A stretch of DNA of 63,827 nt, counting the filler, from Intoshia linei (lineage: Eukaryota > Animalia > Orthonectida): assembly GCA_001642005.1 (NCBI GenBank). It is 4 parts of 4 records of this genome, joined end to end, with 100 filler letters (N's around TTAATTAATTAA, not from the genome) between each part and the next. Parts side by side here need not be neighbours in the genome. Positions count along the whole stretch, not along the records: positions 1 to 16,975 come from LWCA01000868.1; 3 more parts are not named here. The stretch is one strand, 5' to 3'. Shown in pieces: positions 1 to 14,100 of the stretch. Position 1 is the stretch's first letter; the number at the start of each line of letters is the position of its first letter. The notes beneath the pieces were generated by a model. That model did not search any database. It was not told the DNA's origin and was given only the letters and a program-made list of their open reading frames with translations. The position numbers and the translations under genes were made by a program.

Positions 1-1830
1 AATGAATTATATAGATTTTTACCCATATGTCTTGACTGGAAATATGTAGACGTATTCAATAGATTCAATAGTATTCAGTAGATTAATATTTACATTTTCA
101 ATTTTTGATTTTAATCGAAATATTGGAAAAATATTGGTTGATAATATATTAAAAATTATTTTTCACCGGGAATGCGTAGATTTCTCGGGTTGAACTTTTG
201 TATTTATATCAACTGGAATAAGCTCTATCAGAATAATCTTTTTTTAAATTTTCGGACCGTTAATTATCTCATATTTTTTGTTTTAATAAAATACTCGGAA
301 AAAAATATATGAATACTAAAATGCTTTTTTTGACCGTGAAGTCGTCACTTATCAGAAATATTAAAGGTGTGCAATGAAAAATATATTAAATTATTTACAT
401 AATTAATTTGTTAATATTTTTAAACATAAAGTAATCGATAATTTTGTGTTGTAACTGATTTATTGAGTATTTGTGTGTTGATATAAAGTTAGATCCATCA
501 TAAAAATGTTTGTAATCATCTATATGGAATTAAATTAAATATCCAGATGTAAAATGTATATATTATACATTTATTACTCATTCTATGCAACATAATTAAT
601 ATAATGTGGTACAGTGAAATCTCGAATTAGTAATGTTGAAAAATCAAATATTCTAGAAAAAATAAAATTATAAAAACCTATTTTGTCATTTTCAATGTGA
701 TGATATATATTCAGAACCAATTTAATAAATACTTACAAATACCAATTGTGTATCAATAATTAATAGAATAATTAATTTTACCATTATTGCAAAGGATTGT
801 AATATAAAAATGATTAATGTTAAAAATGTGTTCATACTTTTAGCCTTTTTTCTTGTGAATGTTACTTTTCTTTTTAGCATTTTCAAATTAAGTTAGTATT
901 AAAACTTTTATAAATTCGTTGCCGTAGATGTTCAAAATATTTGGAAAATGAAAATTTGAAATTTAAAAATTGCGTAGCAATGAAAAAAATTCCGAGGGAA
1001 TGAATTATATAGATTTTTACCCATATGTCTTGACTGGAAATATGTAGACGTATTCAATAGATTCAATAGTATTCAGTAGATTAATATTTACATTTTCAAT
1101 TTTTGATTTTAATCGAAATATTGGAAAAATATTGGTTGATAATATATTAAAAATTATTTTTCACCGGGAATGCGTAGATTTCTGGGGTTGAAATTTTGTA
1201 TTTATATCAATTGGAATAAGCTCTATCAGAATAATCTTTTTTTAAATTTTCGGACCGTTAATTATCTCATATTTTTTGTTTTAATAAAATATTTCGGAAA
1301 AAAAATATATGAATACTAAAATGCTTTTTTGACCGTGAAGTCGTCACTTATTCGAAAATATTAAAGGTGTGCAATGAAAAATATATTAAATTATTTACAT
1401 AATTAATTTGTTAATATTTTTAAACATAAAGTAATCGATAATTTTGTGTTGTAACTGATTTATTGAGTATTTGTGTGTTGATATAAAGTTAGATCCATCA
1501 TAAAAATGTTTGTAATCATCTATATGGAATTAAATTAAATATCCAGATGTAAAATGTATATATTATACATTTATTACTCATTCTATGCAACATAATTAAT
1601 ATAATGTGGTACAGTGAAATCTCGAATTAGTAATGTTGAAAAATCAAATATTCTAGAAAAAATAAAATTATAAAAACCTATTTTGTCATTTTCAATGTGA
1701 TGATATACATATGTATAATATACATTGTATATATGTATTATATATATATGAAATATATAATATATGATTACATTCAGTACCAATTTAATAAAAACTTAAA
1801 AATACCAATTATATATCAATAATTAACGGA
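1..1830. repeat. Direct duplication with a 998-bp period (copy 1 about 1-765, copy 2 about 999-1830), built from the dispersed Helitron-like repeat family
   Basis: aatgaattatatagatttttacccatatgtc occurs at 1 and at 999. Near-identity continues for about 700 bp. Copy 2 carries an extra ~65-bp TA-rich insertion near 1705-1770. Confidence 0.9.
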
Positions 1831-1925
1831 ATCTTCACTTTATAAACGATGATAATTTCATAAAGATGTGAAATTGGGAGGTTGCAATTTATCTTATTAT
1901 ACGTCCCCGAAAAAACTGTAAAATT

Positions 1926-4485
1926 TTAATAAAACTGACTATGTATAATATGAGGTAATTTGAATTTATTGTTGCAAACATCCCGAGAAAAATTTTGAAT
2001 TATACCGTTATGTTTTGAATGACGAGTAACATTATAATATTCGCTACAAGAATAACGAAAATTTGATTGAACACGAAGAAATATGTTTTTCTCATCTTTA
2101 ATATTTAACTTCGATTTTAGTAAAGACGTGTTATATAATTTGTTAATTGCGGAATTTTTATTAAATCCATATTTTTCAATTCCTCTTATTTTTAATTCAC
2201 TTTGATTCCTAAAGGAAATGTAATTATTGACAAAATTATTTTTTAAACTTTTTTGATATAAATGATGATAAACCACTCTACAAGTTTCACCACTTCCATA
2301 ATCATGGTCCATAAAAAAATTGAATTTTCCATCAAATGTATTAAGTAGTTTAAATACTTGACCATCTGAAGCGTATTTCAGGTATTTTTCATTTTTTTTT
2401 AATTTAAATGTAAAATTATTATTTTCAAAATTAATTTTATCAAAATATAACTTTGATTCTTTAAAAATTGAAAAGGAAAGATTTGGAAGAGAAGCACAGC
2501 TTCTACGTGTTTTTGGAGGTGATTTGTACAAATAATCAACAGAAAACCATTTCTGAATGAAAAAGTAATTATTTTTGTTTAAAGAATCTTTATAATCTTT
2601 CGATTGTTTGCCTGCTGTAATTAATTGAGCTATAGTATTGGCTGATTTTATAAAATCTGAATTGGTTTTACTGCGAAGATTATCTAAACAATTTTTTGAT
2701 ACACCAAAAGAATAGTTAAAAGGTAAACTTTCCTCGTTACATTTTGTACAAGAAAATACACATTTTTTAATTGTAGTAGAAACGTCTACCCTCTGACTGT
2801 CTGTATTTTTTTTTAACATTGGATTTGGTTTATCTAATTCACATTGATTTTTAGTTTTAGTAGACAATTCGGATGCAGAATTTTGATTGAAACTAATAGG
2901 AATTTCTTTTACAATATCTTTTATAGAACTATCGGCATTTTTATTAAAAGTTTTTACACTTTCATTTACCTCTATTTTAAAACAATTGAAAAATAATAAC
3001 CAATACTTGCAATCTCTTTTCTTTTTTTTTAAATATATTTTTTCGTTCACTTTTCTACATATTTTATTTAGCTCTTGTTCATCTTTTACTGTGTTTTTGA
3101 GAATAGGTTGAGAAAATAAATTTTCCGTTTCATTTCTTGCTGCAGTTTTGCTTTGTTTCAAATTTCTTTTAATTGTATTGTTAAAATTCCGTTTCTCTAA
3201 TTTATAATTCAATATGTTGGGAGAATTTAGTAAATCAATCGAAATTGTTTCTATTTTTTTAGGTTTTTGCCATTTCATCTTGATAGCATCTTTTTTTTCT
3301 TTTATACACCTTAACGACCTTATACATATGTAAGGCATACTACGTCTGTACATTTTTATTTCACGAGAACAAGATTTCCAACCACAATATTCAGCCCATT
3401 CTTCAGCGTTGAAACGTCTACCGTAGTCTCGCTTGTAGGCACATGATCCGTTGCATAAAAAAATTTTGGCACATTCGTTACGACCTTGAATAGCCGCTTT
3501 CATTAAAGCAGTAAATCCAAAATTATTGCATTGATCAATTTTTATTACCAGTTTTGAATTTAATATTTTTTTAATCACATTTAAGTAACCTAAAAATTAT
3601 GTCAAATTAACTATAGTAACTATCTACTTTACCGACTTTTAAAAATCAAAAAATGGAACATCGATTAATTTTAGTATTAAAATTTTAATTTTTTGTCATT
3701 CACATCTATTTAAAATATACAGTGCCGAAGTGACCGTACCACGAGACTTTTTTAGGGGCTCGACGAAATATTTGTAAAATGGGTGTTTAACTTTAACATC
3801 TTAAAAAATTAAGTCATGAATATTATAACTCTTTTGTGCTACATCTAAAACGTCAAATAGCATTGGAGAGGTGGCTTATTAAAAACAATATTTTTTAATT
3901 ATTTTAGTAACTACATTACAGATATCTCTGTAATTTTCAGATTATTATATCAATCCCTTTATTTTCATAATAAAATTTGTGAGAAAGTCTTTAAAAAGTT
4001 CGAAAATGTTTTTCTGTGTTAGTTAATTAGAATTAAGTGAAATTTATCCAAGTGAAATGTTATTTGGAATGTTGTGATTATAATCAATATAAATGATTTG
4101 GAAACAAATTACCTGCTTGAGCTGCATACATAAGTGGAGTATTTCCTTCATTATCACTGCAGTTGGCATTAATGCATTTTACATTCAGTAGTACATCAAT
4201 CAACAAGATTGAACCGTTAATACATGCATGTCCCAGCACAGTCTAAATTTTGTAAATTTAAAAATTGATAGAAATTACCGTCCCGCTGTTATCCATAGAA
4301 TTGACAACCTTAGGTAACCAGAAAGAGTCACAAGAACTAACAACATCAATAATTACGTTTATATTATATTCCATACATCCCTTCCAAAATTGTGATTGAT
4401 AATATTTAAAATTAAAATTTTCGATACTGTATGACGGGATGTGATATATTTTTTTCGGATTTTCTAGTTCATTTTCTAGATCCAT
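1926..4485 (-). CDS. ANKRD33B: Ankyrin repeat protein, ANKRD33/ANKRD33B-like; 3 exons (4485-4279, 4242-4113, 3589-1926)
   Basis: GT-AG splicing gives ...DNSGT|TVLGHACINGS...DNEGNTPLMYAAQAG|YLNVIK...NNFGFTALMKAAIQGRNECAK...RDYGRRFNAEEWA. This matches the ANKRD33 signature GFTALMKAAxQGR...RD..R...EWA. A long unconserved C-terminal tail follows. Confidence 0.8.
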
Positions 4486-5997
4486 TCAAATATAAACTGG
4501 TCAAGACGATATTAAAATTCACTTTGATATTGAATATAGCATTAATTATTGATTTTATACTGGATAAAAGGAGTAGAATTTGAATTATTCAAATATAAGG
4601 GTAAATTTGTAATTAATTCTTTAACGTAAAATACATATTGAAGATTACAAATAAGTTTATATATAATTCGTTTTCTTATAATACATACTTACAGGTTAGG
4701 TGTTGTAATGAGTTGTATTTTAAGACTGCTGCTCCAATATTCATTTTATTTGTTTCAATTGCAAATTGATTTTTAATTTAGATTAATTTAGCCAAAATGT
4801 ATATGCGATGCAAATGTCTGTTAAATTTTATTTATTTTGAATATAATTCTACAGTGTACGTTTGCTGCTAGTGTAGTAATAATTACATTAAAACGTGTAA
4901 TATTATTTGAAAACCACATTACATTCCTCAATTTCTTATATTGAGGTATAATGTACTATTGAATAAATTAATTCTATTTATAAATTTCAAGTTTAAACCA
5001 AGAAAAATACTGATTAATCCAATGGGAATATTATTTTTAGTAATTAGTATCTGGATTTTTCGTATTTGACATAATTAATGTCTGAGTCAGAAATTTGTTG
5101 GCCCATTAAAGGAAATGCACCTGTCAAAAATATAAACGTATTTAAAGAACTAATAAATTATTTTAATACGTGGTATAAACGACAATACTTTCTCCAAAAC
5201 ATTTTTTGACAATGTCAAGTACACTCTTACAAAATGTACAAATATTTTTTCGATACACGTAAAAGGTTGAGTCATATTTTAGATAATGATATATTGATAC
5301 GAAAAAATATTCAAGTATTTTTTACATCCATCTATATTTTATAGTTACACTGTTGTGCTGAGATAAAGACTTGAGTTGTCAATTGCTAATTATATAATTA
5401 AAGCATTACAAAATTGTGAAGGGTCTTAATATCGACATAATATTGTAATTTTCAATTATAAGTTAAAAATTTCCAAATAAAATAAAATTTAACATTAGCA
5501 AAATCCAAAGCGTCGACAAAACATTCAATGTTTACTGACATAAAAATTGTAAGTAGAAATCAATACTGATTAAAAATAATCATTATATATTATTAGATTC
5601 GAATTTATTATATGATTGAAAAAATAAGTGTATTTTATAAGGATAATTATCAATATATCATATGTTTTTTCATAGTAGTCATACTTAAAAAAATGGCTGT
5701 AATATATCAGTGTTCATTTCACAATGGTTCAATATAAAGTGTACTTCAAGACATTGGATTTTACAAAATGTAGTGCATACATTTATCAATAAAGATTAAT
5801 AATCAAAAAAAATAATTTAGTGACTTTTTCAATTAATTAATTCCAATCAAGAACAAATGTTGATATTCTATTCAATCACCATTAATAATATATATTATAA
5901 TAGTTTAATTCTTATTATAATTATAATAAGAATTAAAAAACTTTTAAAAAATAAAATTTTGACTTTGTATCTTTTAAAATTGAATGTCTGTGTTACT

Positions 5998-6379
5998 TAG
6001 GGGCGGATTCAAGGGGTGCAGTTGGTGTTAATTAATGTTTTGTAAAATAACTGAAAAAGGTTTTAATTTATTAAAACAATATATTTTGATATTGAAATTT
6101 TGGTTAATAAATTTGCATTACTTCATTCAAGAAGACTGGAACTAATTGATTTAGGATTATATAATGAACAAAATTAATTTCTCTTTTTTTTGTGCTGATC
6201 ATTTTTTTATTTTTGCGAAAAAATACAAATTTGGAAAAACTAATATAATAACCTTTAAAGAAATTAAAAGAGACGCTTTAAAATCAAACTAGACGCCTTG
6301 ATATTAAAAGAGACACCCCTAAAAATATATTGATCGCTTCGCTCGCACACCATTAACTAACCTCTTGGATCCGCCCCTG
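5998..6379. mobile_element. hAT-like MITE
   Basis: Terminal inverted repeats tAGGGGCGGATTCAAG / CTTGGATCCGCCCCTG. No clean TSD. Confidence 0.65.
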
Positions 6380-6732
6380 TTACTGTATATTTAAAAATTA
6401 ATAGAATTTAAAAACCACAATTTACTAATACAGTTTTTCTCAGGGCGTGTTTAGTGTTTATTATCATTTATTATATTTATTACTAATAAATAAATAATAA
6501 ATTATTACAATTTTGGTAAATTCACCAGAAATGTTTTTAATTGTTAATAATCTGCTGATTCAGTGATTCTGTGAAGATTATACAGTGTATAATATACACT
6601 CATTCTATCTAATAAATTAAAAAAATTGGATGACAAAATAAAAATTAAGTCTGAATAATTCACTTTAAATTAAAAGGTAATGTGAAATGACGGGTACATG
6701 GTGAAACGAGTATAGGAACCACTCCTTTAAAG

Positions 6733-7443
6733 CAGGCATTCTCAAGATTTTTTCGATGTGAACCCCTAAGATGATATTACAAAAAATTTGTGGCCCCCAA
6801 AAAAATTAATAATAATGAAAATTTTTAATGAATCATTACATTTAGGCGAAACAAATGATAGTTAAAAGACATGGAGTACTCTATTTTTTCAAGATGATAA
6901 ACTTGATGAATTATTAATATTAACTTTTAACCCATCAATGTTCCCAAAATGGAACATGTAATCAGGTATTGTTTACAGTACATTATTACATGTTTACTAT
7001 ATATTTTATCAGATCAATAAAGTCTATATTATCTTCATCCCTGTGAAAAATTAATATTTTATATCTCTTGGTTGATGTTTCATAGAATCATGAATATTGA
7101 CTGATTTTTTGTCCCATTTTCAATTTGAAATTTAAAGCTTTTTTATGACTAGAAACTTGGCTCGGTCATAAATTTTAACAAAATTATTAAATAAAACCAC
7201 TGCTCCTAAAATAGAACAATGAAGGTTTCCCAATAAGTTTTTACATTTTAAGTAATTTAATTTAATAACAAAGAATATACTTTTACCAAATAATTTACTT
7301 TTACATGATTTGCACGTTTTATATTATTATTTCTGAGCCCTTGTTTTAAAAACCACTTTATGTTACTGAAAATGTCTATAATAAATATATATAATTTTCA
7401 TGGACCCTCAAAAAAGTGCTGTGGACCCCGTTCAGAGTGCCTG
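6733..7443. mobile_element. hAT MITE; shorter version of the element at 44311-45541
   Basis: TIRs CAGGCATTCTCAA / TTCAGAGTGCCTG and 8-bp TSD ctttaaag/ctctaaag. The interior is the reverse complement of 44311-44430 plus 44950-45541. Confidence 0.85.
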
Positions 7444-8146
7444 CTCTAAAGGGTTGATAATAGTCTGAAACAAAGTCAATTTTAAATCATAATAAATTAA
7501 AAATCTGGTCGCTAAAATTGGGCAGAGCTGAACCGACCATATTTCAGACCCTAAAAATTCTCGCTAACTATGCGTAATGTAATATAGCCATAATCCATCT
7601 ACCGTGGGTATAATACGATAAGTTTAAATTTGACTTACAAAATAGTTATGATATTTATACATATATTTTTTTAATGGTCAATTTGTAAAATGGGTGCCCA
7701 CATTTTCAAAAAATATTTAATCTTAATTTTAGTCGATATTAAAGTATCGGTACGATAATATAAAAATTGGGCTCATATTAAACAAATATTTTAATGAAAA
7801 TTTAAACTATAGTTTATCAACGAAATTATAAAAAAACAATAGGTACCTTCAGAAAAATAAAATAAACTTTTTTCAATATTTTTTTGGTATCAGATTATAT
7901 TTTTAGACAATTTAATTGAAAAAGAGTTAAATTTATAGCGCTCATCAAAAATATTTAAACTCCCAATGGTGAGCGAAAATGGTTGCGTTGGGAAGCCTAT
8001 CCAGCAGCATTTCTTTATAAATTAATTGTTAAAACTTAAAACCCACATTTTTAGTCTATAAATTTTCATAATTAAAAAACTAAATTGCATTGATATAATT
8101 AAAAACAATTAAATATTTATTATATATTACAAAATATAAAAACAAA

Positions 8147-11100
8147 TTAAAATAGCCATGATGAATCCAATCCGTCAAGCTCTTTAATTAACTGCATATC
8201 GTTGGCATCTGGATTTACAGCATATCGTGACTGGACATGATGAAAAAAACTGCTGCCTTCATATACTAAAAATAAATTATAATCAATACTAACAAATATA
8301 TTAGGCTAGTAATTATCATCCCTAAACACATAAAATTCTAAGAGTACATATATCACGTATTATTATTTTTTATGTTAATTTTATTTTACAATCAAATTAA
8401 GCCAATAATAGAAGACCTCAAATTGGTTTACCACGGACAACCGATATTTATTTATCAAAATCTAATAATCAGTACTGATATACTTTGAGACCGATGTTAC
8501 CCGGAGTGATCCACATACACAACCTCAATGATTTATATTTAATAGTAATATTAATTTTTTGTCATTTTATAAAAAAAAATTATTAAAGTTAATTAAAGCT
8601 AGACAAATTTCCATCTACTATCACATTAACATACATTTGTTGATAGTGTGATAAAGTATGAGTTAAATTCTCAATTTTAAAAGGAAAATGAAATTTTAAT
8701 CTTGTTGAATTTCTCAAAATTATAGCATATGAATGGATTATAGATTATAATTAAATTGGTACCTTGTTTATTTGAGACATAGTTGAAAACATTGCTTAAG
8801 GCAAATCTTATAGAAAACACAAAATGACTTAAAAATTTAACAGAATATTTGTGATGTTTCTTTAATTTTTTAAGAAGTCGAACAGGATCATCCAATCCAC
8901 CTCCATATTTGACTTGATTAATGATGGAATAAGAAAGTGCGAATGTCGCACATCGACCGACACCTTCAAGAGACACCAGGGCTATAGGATTGCAAAGACT
9001 ATGTTGAGATATGTACAAATTTTGCAAATTATAAGTAAAAAATGATAATTGATGTATTTTTTCAATTGGTTCTTCTGATTTTCTCCACTGGCAAAAAATA
9101 GAAATTATAACTTTCATTGAAACAGAATTTGACTTTTGGGTCAAAATTAACTTTCTAATATAGATATCAGGGGTTGATACAGTTTGATAAGGTTCAATTG
9201 AGACAATCCAATCTCCATAACAAATATTATCCAAATCGCTAAACCATTTGTCCCAGACTCTAGAATCCTAAAAATAATACATGTATAATAAAATCATACA
9301 TTATAAAAATCTTGATGTGCACAAAGAATAGCAATGTTTTCAATTTTATAATCTGCAAGCATTTGAAAAAAGTCACAAATTGTGGTATTTAATGGCAATT
9401 GGGCAAATATGAAATTGGGAGAGTAAACTGATAAATCAGGAACATGATATGCATTAATATAGTCAGGCGTCTGATTTATAACAACTCTAGTATAATCATC
9501 TAAAATTAAATAAAAAAACACAATACATAACATACAAGGTAAAAATAAAAGATTATGGTTTTTAGAATGATGAACTCTTGCCACGCTTATTGGTATTCTG
9601 ACACTAGGGTTTTTATCAATAAATTGACATCGCTAAATTTTTGATATAAAAATATTGTAAAATATTACCCGCCATTGTCTTACAAATGGATCTTTCTTTA
9701 TTCTACCGTATTCATCAAACATTTGTCTATATAACTTATCCCAATCATTATCGTAATTTGTATTATCATAACACACTAACATTCTTTTAGATTTTTCAAA
9801 AACACCTGCCAATGCATAAAATCTATTAATATTAAATGTCAGTTTTGGTATTTCTTCGGTATCACTAGATTCTTTAGAGTCTTGAATTTTTTGGTGATAT
9901 AAAATTGGATTCATTTGCTCAGGATCCATTTTTGGTTTTGTTGGTCTGTTAGCGCTGGGTTGCAATATTTGAAAGTCTTTGTATTCAATTTGACTGTTTT
10001 CATCCATTATGGATGAACCCGTTAATATTTTAGACAAGTGTATTGGCGTATGAATATTAGCTTCTAAATTACTGCACTGAAATGGTGAATTTTTAAAGAT
10101 ATCAGCAATAAGCAAACACGTATTATTTATTTTTATTTTTATACATTTCATCAATTTATATATAGTTCTAACTTGGATAGGGATTTTTTGGAATTTGATT
10201 CGAGGTATCCGGCCCGTTTTTTCCTATATTTATAATTATCCCGATTTTTAAAATTATTATTTTTTAATATATTAAGGCTTTTTGTTAGAACTAATACATA
10301 TGCAAAACTTTAAAAAATACTGTTTTGATATTGGTTCGGTATATTATAGGAATATTGGTTTGGAGAATTCTGGTAATTTTCATTTGGGCGTGGTTGTTTA
10401 GACACTATTTCACCATGAGCATTCATGAAAACATTCATATTTTGATTATTCTGAGAGTATGCTTCTTTACTTTGATGGTAGCTATATTAATAAAATAATT
10501 CTACGTAAAATTATTTAACCGGTTATCTTGATATGAAGATGGAGGATAATTTTTAGAAGGTTGTTGATTTATATTAAGTTGATTCATTCCTCGATTTAGT
10601 CTGAAATTTTACTTTTAAAAAAATGAATAAATATAAAAAAACACCGAAAATACAATGTAACTATCAGTAGCGGATCTAGATGGGTGCAGGAAGGCGTTCA
10701 CCCCCTGGCGTGACAAATGTGTCCCTAAAATATTTTAATTTGTTTATAAACATTGTGAAAAATAAAAAAAATTTTCTAGGTCTTATCGTTTGTTTTATGT
10801 ATATAATGATCATTTATCATTAATCTATGTAGTATTTTTATACTATTTCTCACTAGCAACATCAGTTTAAGTTAAATTATGGGACTTAACATTGTTCATA
10901 ATCGAAAGAGAACTTGCCGAAAATGTCGATTTTAATGCAGTTGAAGTCAACAGTTGAATGTTCAACATAGAAAAATTTAGTAGAATGAAACCTAGAAAAA
11001 AAATATAAATTATTATTATAGATAGAAATATTATGCTAATAAACATAATATAAAAATTCCAATTTAAATACATTATATCGTTTGGCCCCCTAATAATTAT

Positions 11101-14100
11101 TTCGCCACTGGTAACTATATCACATAATTATAGAACTAAGATTATTAAATTTAACAGACTAAAATTACGTAGTTTCATAGCTGTGTGTTGGTTGGTTTTG
11201 GACTTGATAATATTGGTTATATTGAGATACACTTGGGTTGATTTGATTTGCTTCATGTTTAACTACATGATATTTTATTTTAAAAAATAAATTTTTTCGC
11301 GACACACCAACTGTTTATTTATTATTTATATTTATATATTATATATTTATTATCAACTGACACAAAAGAATTATTATTTTTGAATTGAAAAAATTTTAAT
11401 GAAATAATATTAATATAGATCAACGTGGTCCAAACATATGACGATTGAGAGTCAAAAAATACATTTTACAAACTTTGTGGGTCGCGACATTAAAAAAAAT
11501 TTTTAACATACTTATTTCATCATTCCTTCCCTCTTAGTTGTTTGCTCTTACTCAATTTTCAAATTGATTTTTCTCCCTTGCACGGCTTATTTACAGGGCT
11601 GGCTGTAATACTAGCGCTGGTACCAACAGTAGTATCAGCTGTCTACCAGCAATATAAAAATTTTTAATAACCGAATGATATTTTAATAAATAAAAGGAGT
11701 AGAATGGGATGATATATTCCTCGGTTAGTGATTTTTTAAATGCTGTTCTCAAATCACGTCGGAAAATGTATATGCCAACTCCATTGGAAAGAATATACGT
11801 TTGATAATTGTATTCGAAATAATGAATCAATTAATGATGGAATTCAAGAAGTGGGGTTTAACAGTTCTGAAAGAATCAAAAAAAGACAATCTTCACAGAG
11901 AAATAGACCATTTACGAAAATCTCAAATTTTTGACAATAATATCAAACTAGAACACATTCCCGTCGTATCTGCACTAATTAACGTTATCTCTAAAAGACC
12001 GGTTAGTGAAGCTTAAGTCGAACGTTCATCTAAATTAACTAATAATTAACTAGGCTAATTTAAATGACAATACCGTTGATCCACAACTCAACATAAGATA
12101 TAACTGGCATGCAATGATGGTGAAACAATTATAAATTTATTCAGCATTTGAAAGTGCACAAGATGTGCGGTATGCCTCCTCCCATAAATTAAGACGTTTG
12201 AATGTGACTAATTTGAAATTAATAACTTAATGGATACTTTTATAGAGGAACCTAAAGTGGTAATTTATTGGGTTAATAATAATTATTATTAATTATATAT
12301 TTAGGGACTTCCGACACACAGAATGATATTCAAACATTTGAATAATCATTTAGTATTAAGCAGTCTAACTATTTTGTCTCACATCACCACTTTTCTTATT
12401 TAATCGCAATCTTATGTTAAAGTTAAAGATAAAGATTATCTTTTCTCGAATAAATTATCAAATCATTAAAACTTGTAATGATTTGTTGTAACTTACAACA
12501 CACGGTCAAGTTGATCAGGTCAACTATGAATTTCTAAAATTACCTTACGCTAATCTTAATTTACAATATTTAACTCACTATGGGCAGGTTGTAATTTAAA
12601 AAACCTTAACATTTCCATTTCATATACCGTCAAATTTCTATTATTTGCCTGATTAATTATTATTTATAAAACTTGTTTACAAATAATAATTAATGTCTAT
12701 AAATGTTAATAAAATAACTCATTTTTCAATTTATAATAGTATTTTTAATTTTTGCGACCAGCTTGCCAAGGAAGCACATTATTGCTGGCACCCCTGCTTA
12801 TTATGATATAACATAACACAAATATTTATTAAAGTTTTTGACATAGTAATTCACTTTTCATTGATCACTGCAACTATATATTTCTGCGTTGTGAATACCA
12901 CTCTGATATAGATATCAAATTGTTGAAACCAAAATGACAAAATAAATATACTCGGGCGGAACTGTATTCCAAAAAATTGATAAAAATGAAATTTCCCGTG
13001 GGATTTGGTTTTTGTAGGTATATTTCATAAAAATTTTTATAAGAATTTACTGATCGTAATTTTAAAATTTTTTTAAAACAGTACACACAATATATAGCAA
13101 GTACATTGTATATATAATTACAAGAATGGATAAAAAATAATTTAAAATCATACCATTTTTGATATTAACTTGATTATGCTGTGGATCTGGAATTGTTTGA
13201 TAGTTTCCCATAAACTGTCGTTGATTATTTGGATTTTGAGGAGCAACTTTATAATTTTGATTATATTGATAATTGGCCGTTGGTAATTGGGTATTCTGTT
13301 GATTTGAAGGCATATAATTTCGATAATAGTTTTGTTGTGTTTGAGGAAGTTGATTATAATTAAACTGGCCCGGAGCTGATATTAGAACAGGGTTTACTTT
13401 TCTCATATCATCAAATGGTTGACTGACAATGGGTTTCGGCCTCATTCTCAAGTCTGTGTAATATTCTAAAACGTGACTTACCTTTTTCTCCAAATCAACG
13501 TACATTTGTAAAACACTTCGGTATTCTGTCTCTATATCTCTTATGGTTTCAAATACATTTGTAATATCCTTAATAATACAATTTCTTCTTTTGGTAACAA
13601 GATTGCGTCTATCATAAACATCCATAAATTGTGCATAACGTTCTTCAATAAAATATACAATTTTTTTCTGAGCTGCAAGGTTAATGTCAATATACTTTAA
13701 TAGTACATCATGTTTTTTGATTTGTTTTTGTAAAAGTTCGTTATTCTGAGATTTCGATACTGATATTGCCTGAATTATATCATCTTTTTGAATGTTTCGT
13801 TTCAATTCTTCCATAAAACTGGCTCGTTGGATAACCATGTGATTTTTCTTTTCCATGATTTCCTCTAATCTTCTGATAAGCTCTTTATCAGAATCTGGTA
13901 TTGATTTGGTGCCTTCGGAAATAATATTATCCAATTCGTCCAACGTTTTGACTTTTCCGAGTAAATCAAAAGTAGGTTTTATTTTTTCAATGTGACTTTG
14001 CAATAAATCCATTTTCACATTACACCGTTCAAGAGATGCTGAATATTCATGGACTTTTTTAATATATCCCTTTGTTGAATCCTCACATAACTTTAATGCA

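Noticed and set aside
1583-1783. 66-aa Tyr/Ile-rich ORF
   Set aside because: It reads through a TA-rich expansion inside the duplicated repeat.
12874-13086. 70-aa ORF as a PTPN23 exon
   Set aside because: The phase-consistent exon chain skips from 13154 to 11262, and the ORF has no motif support.
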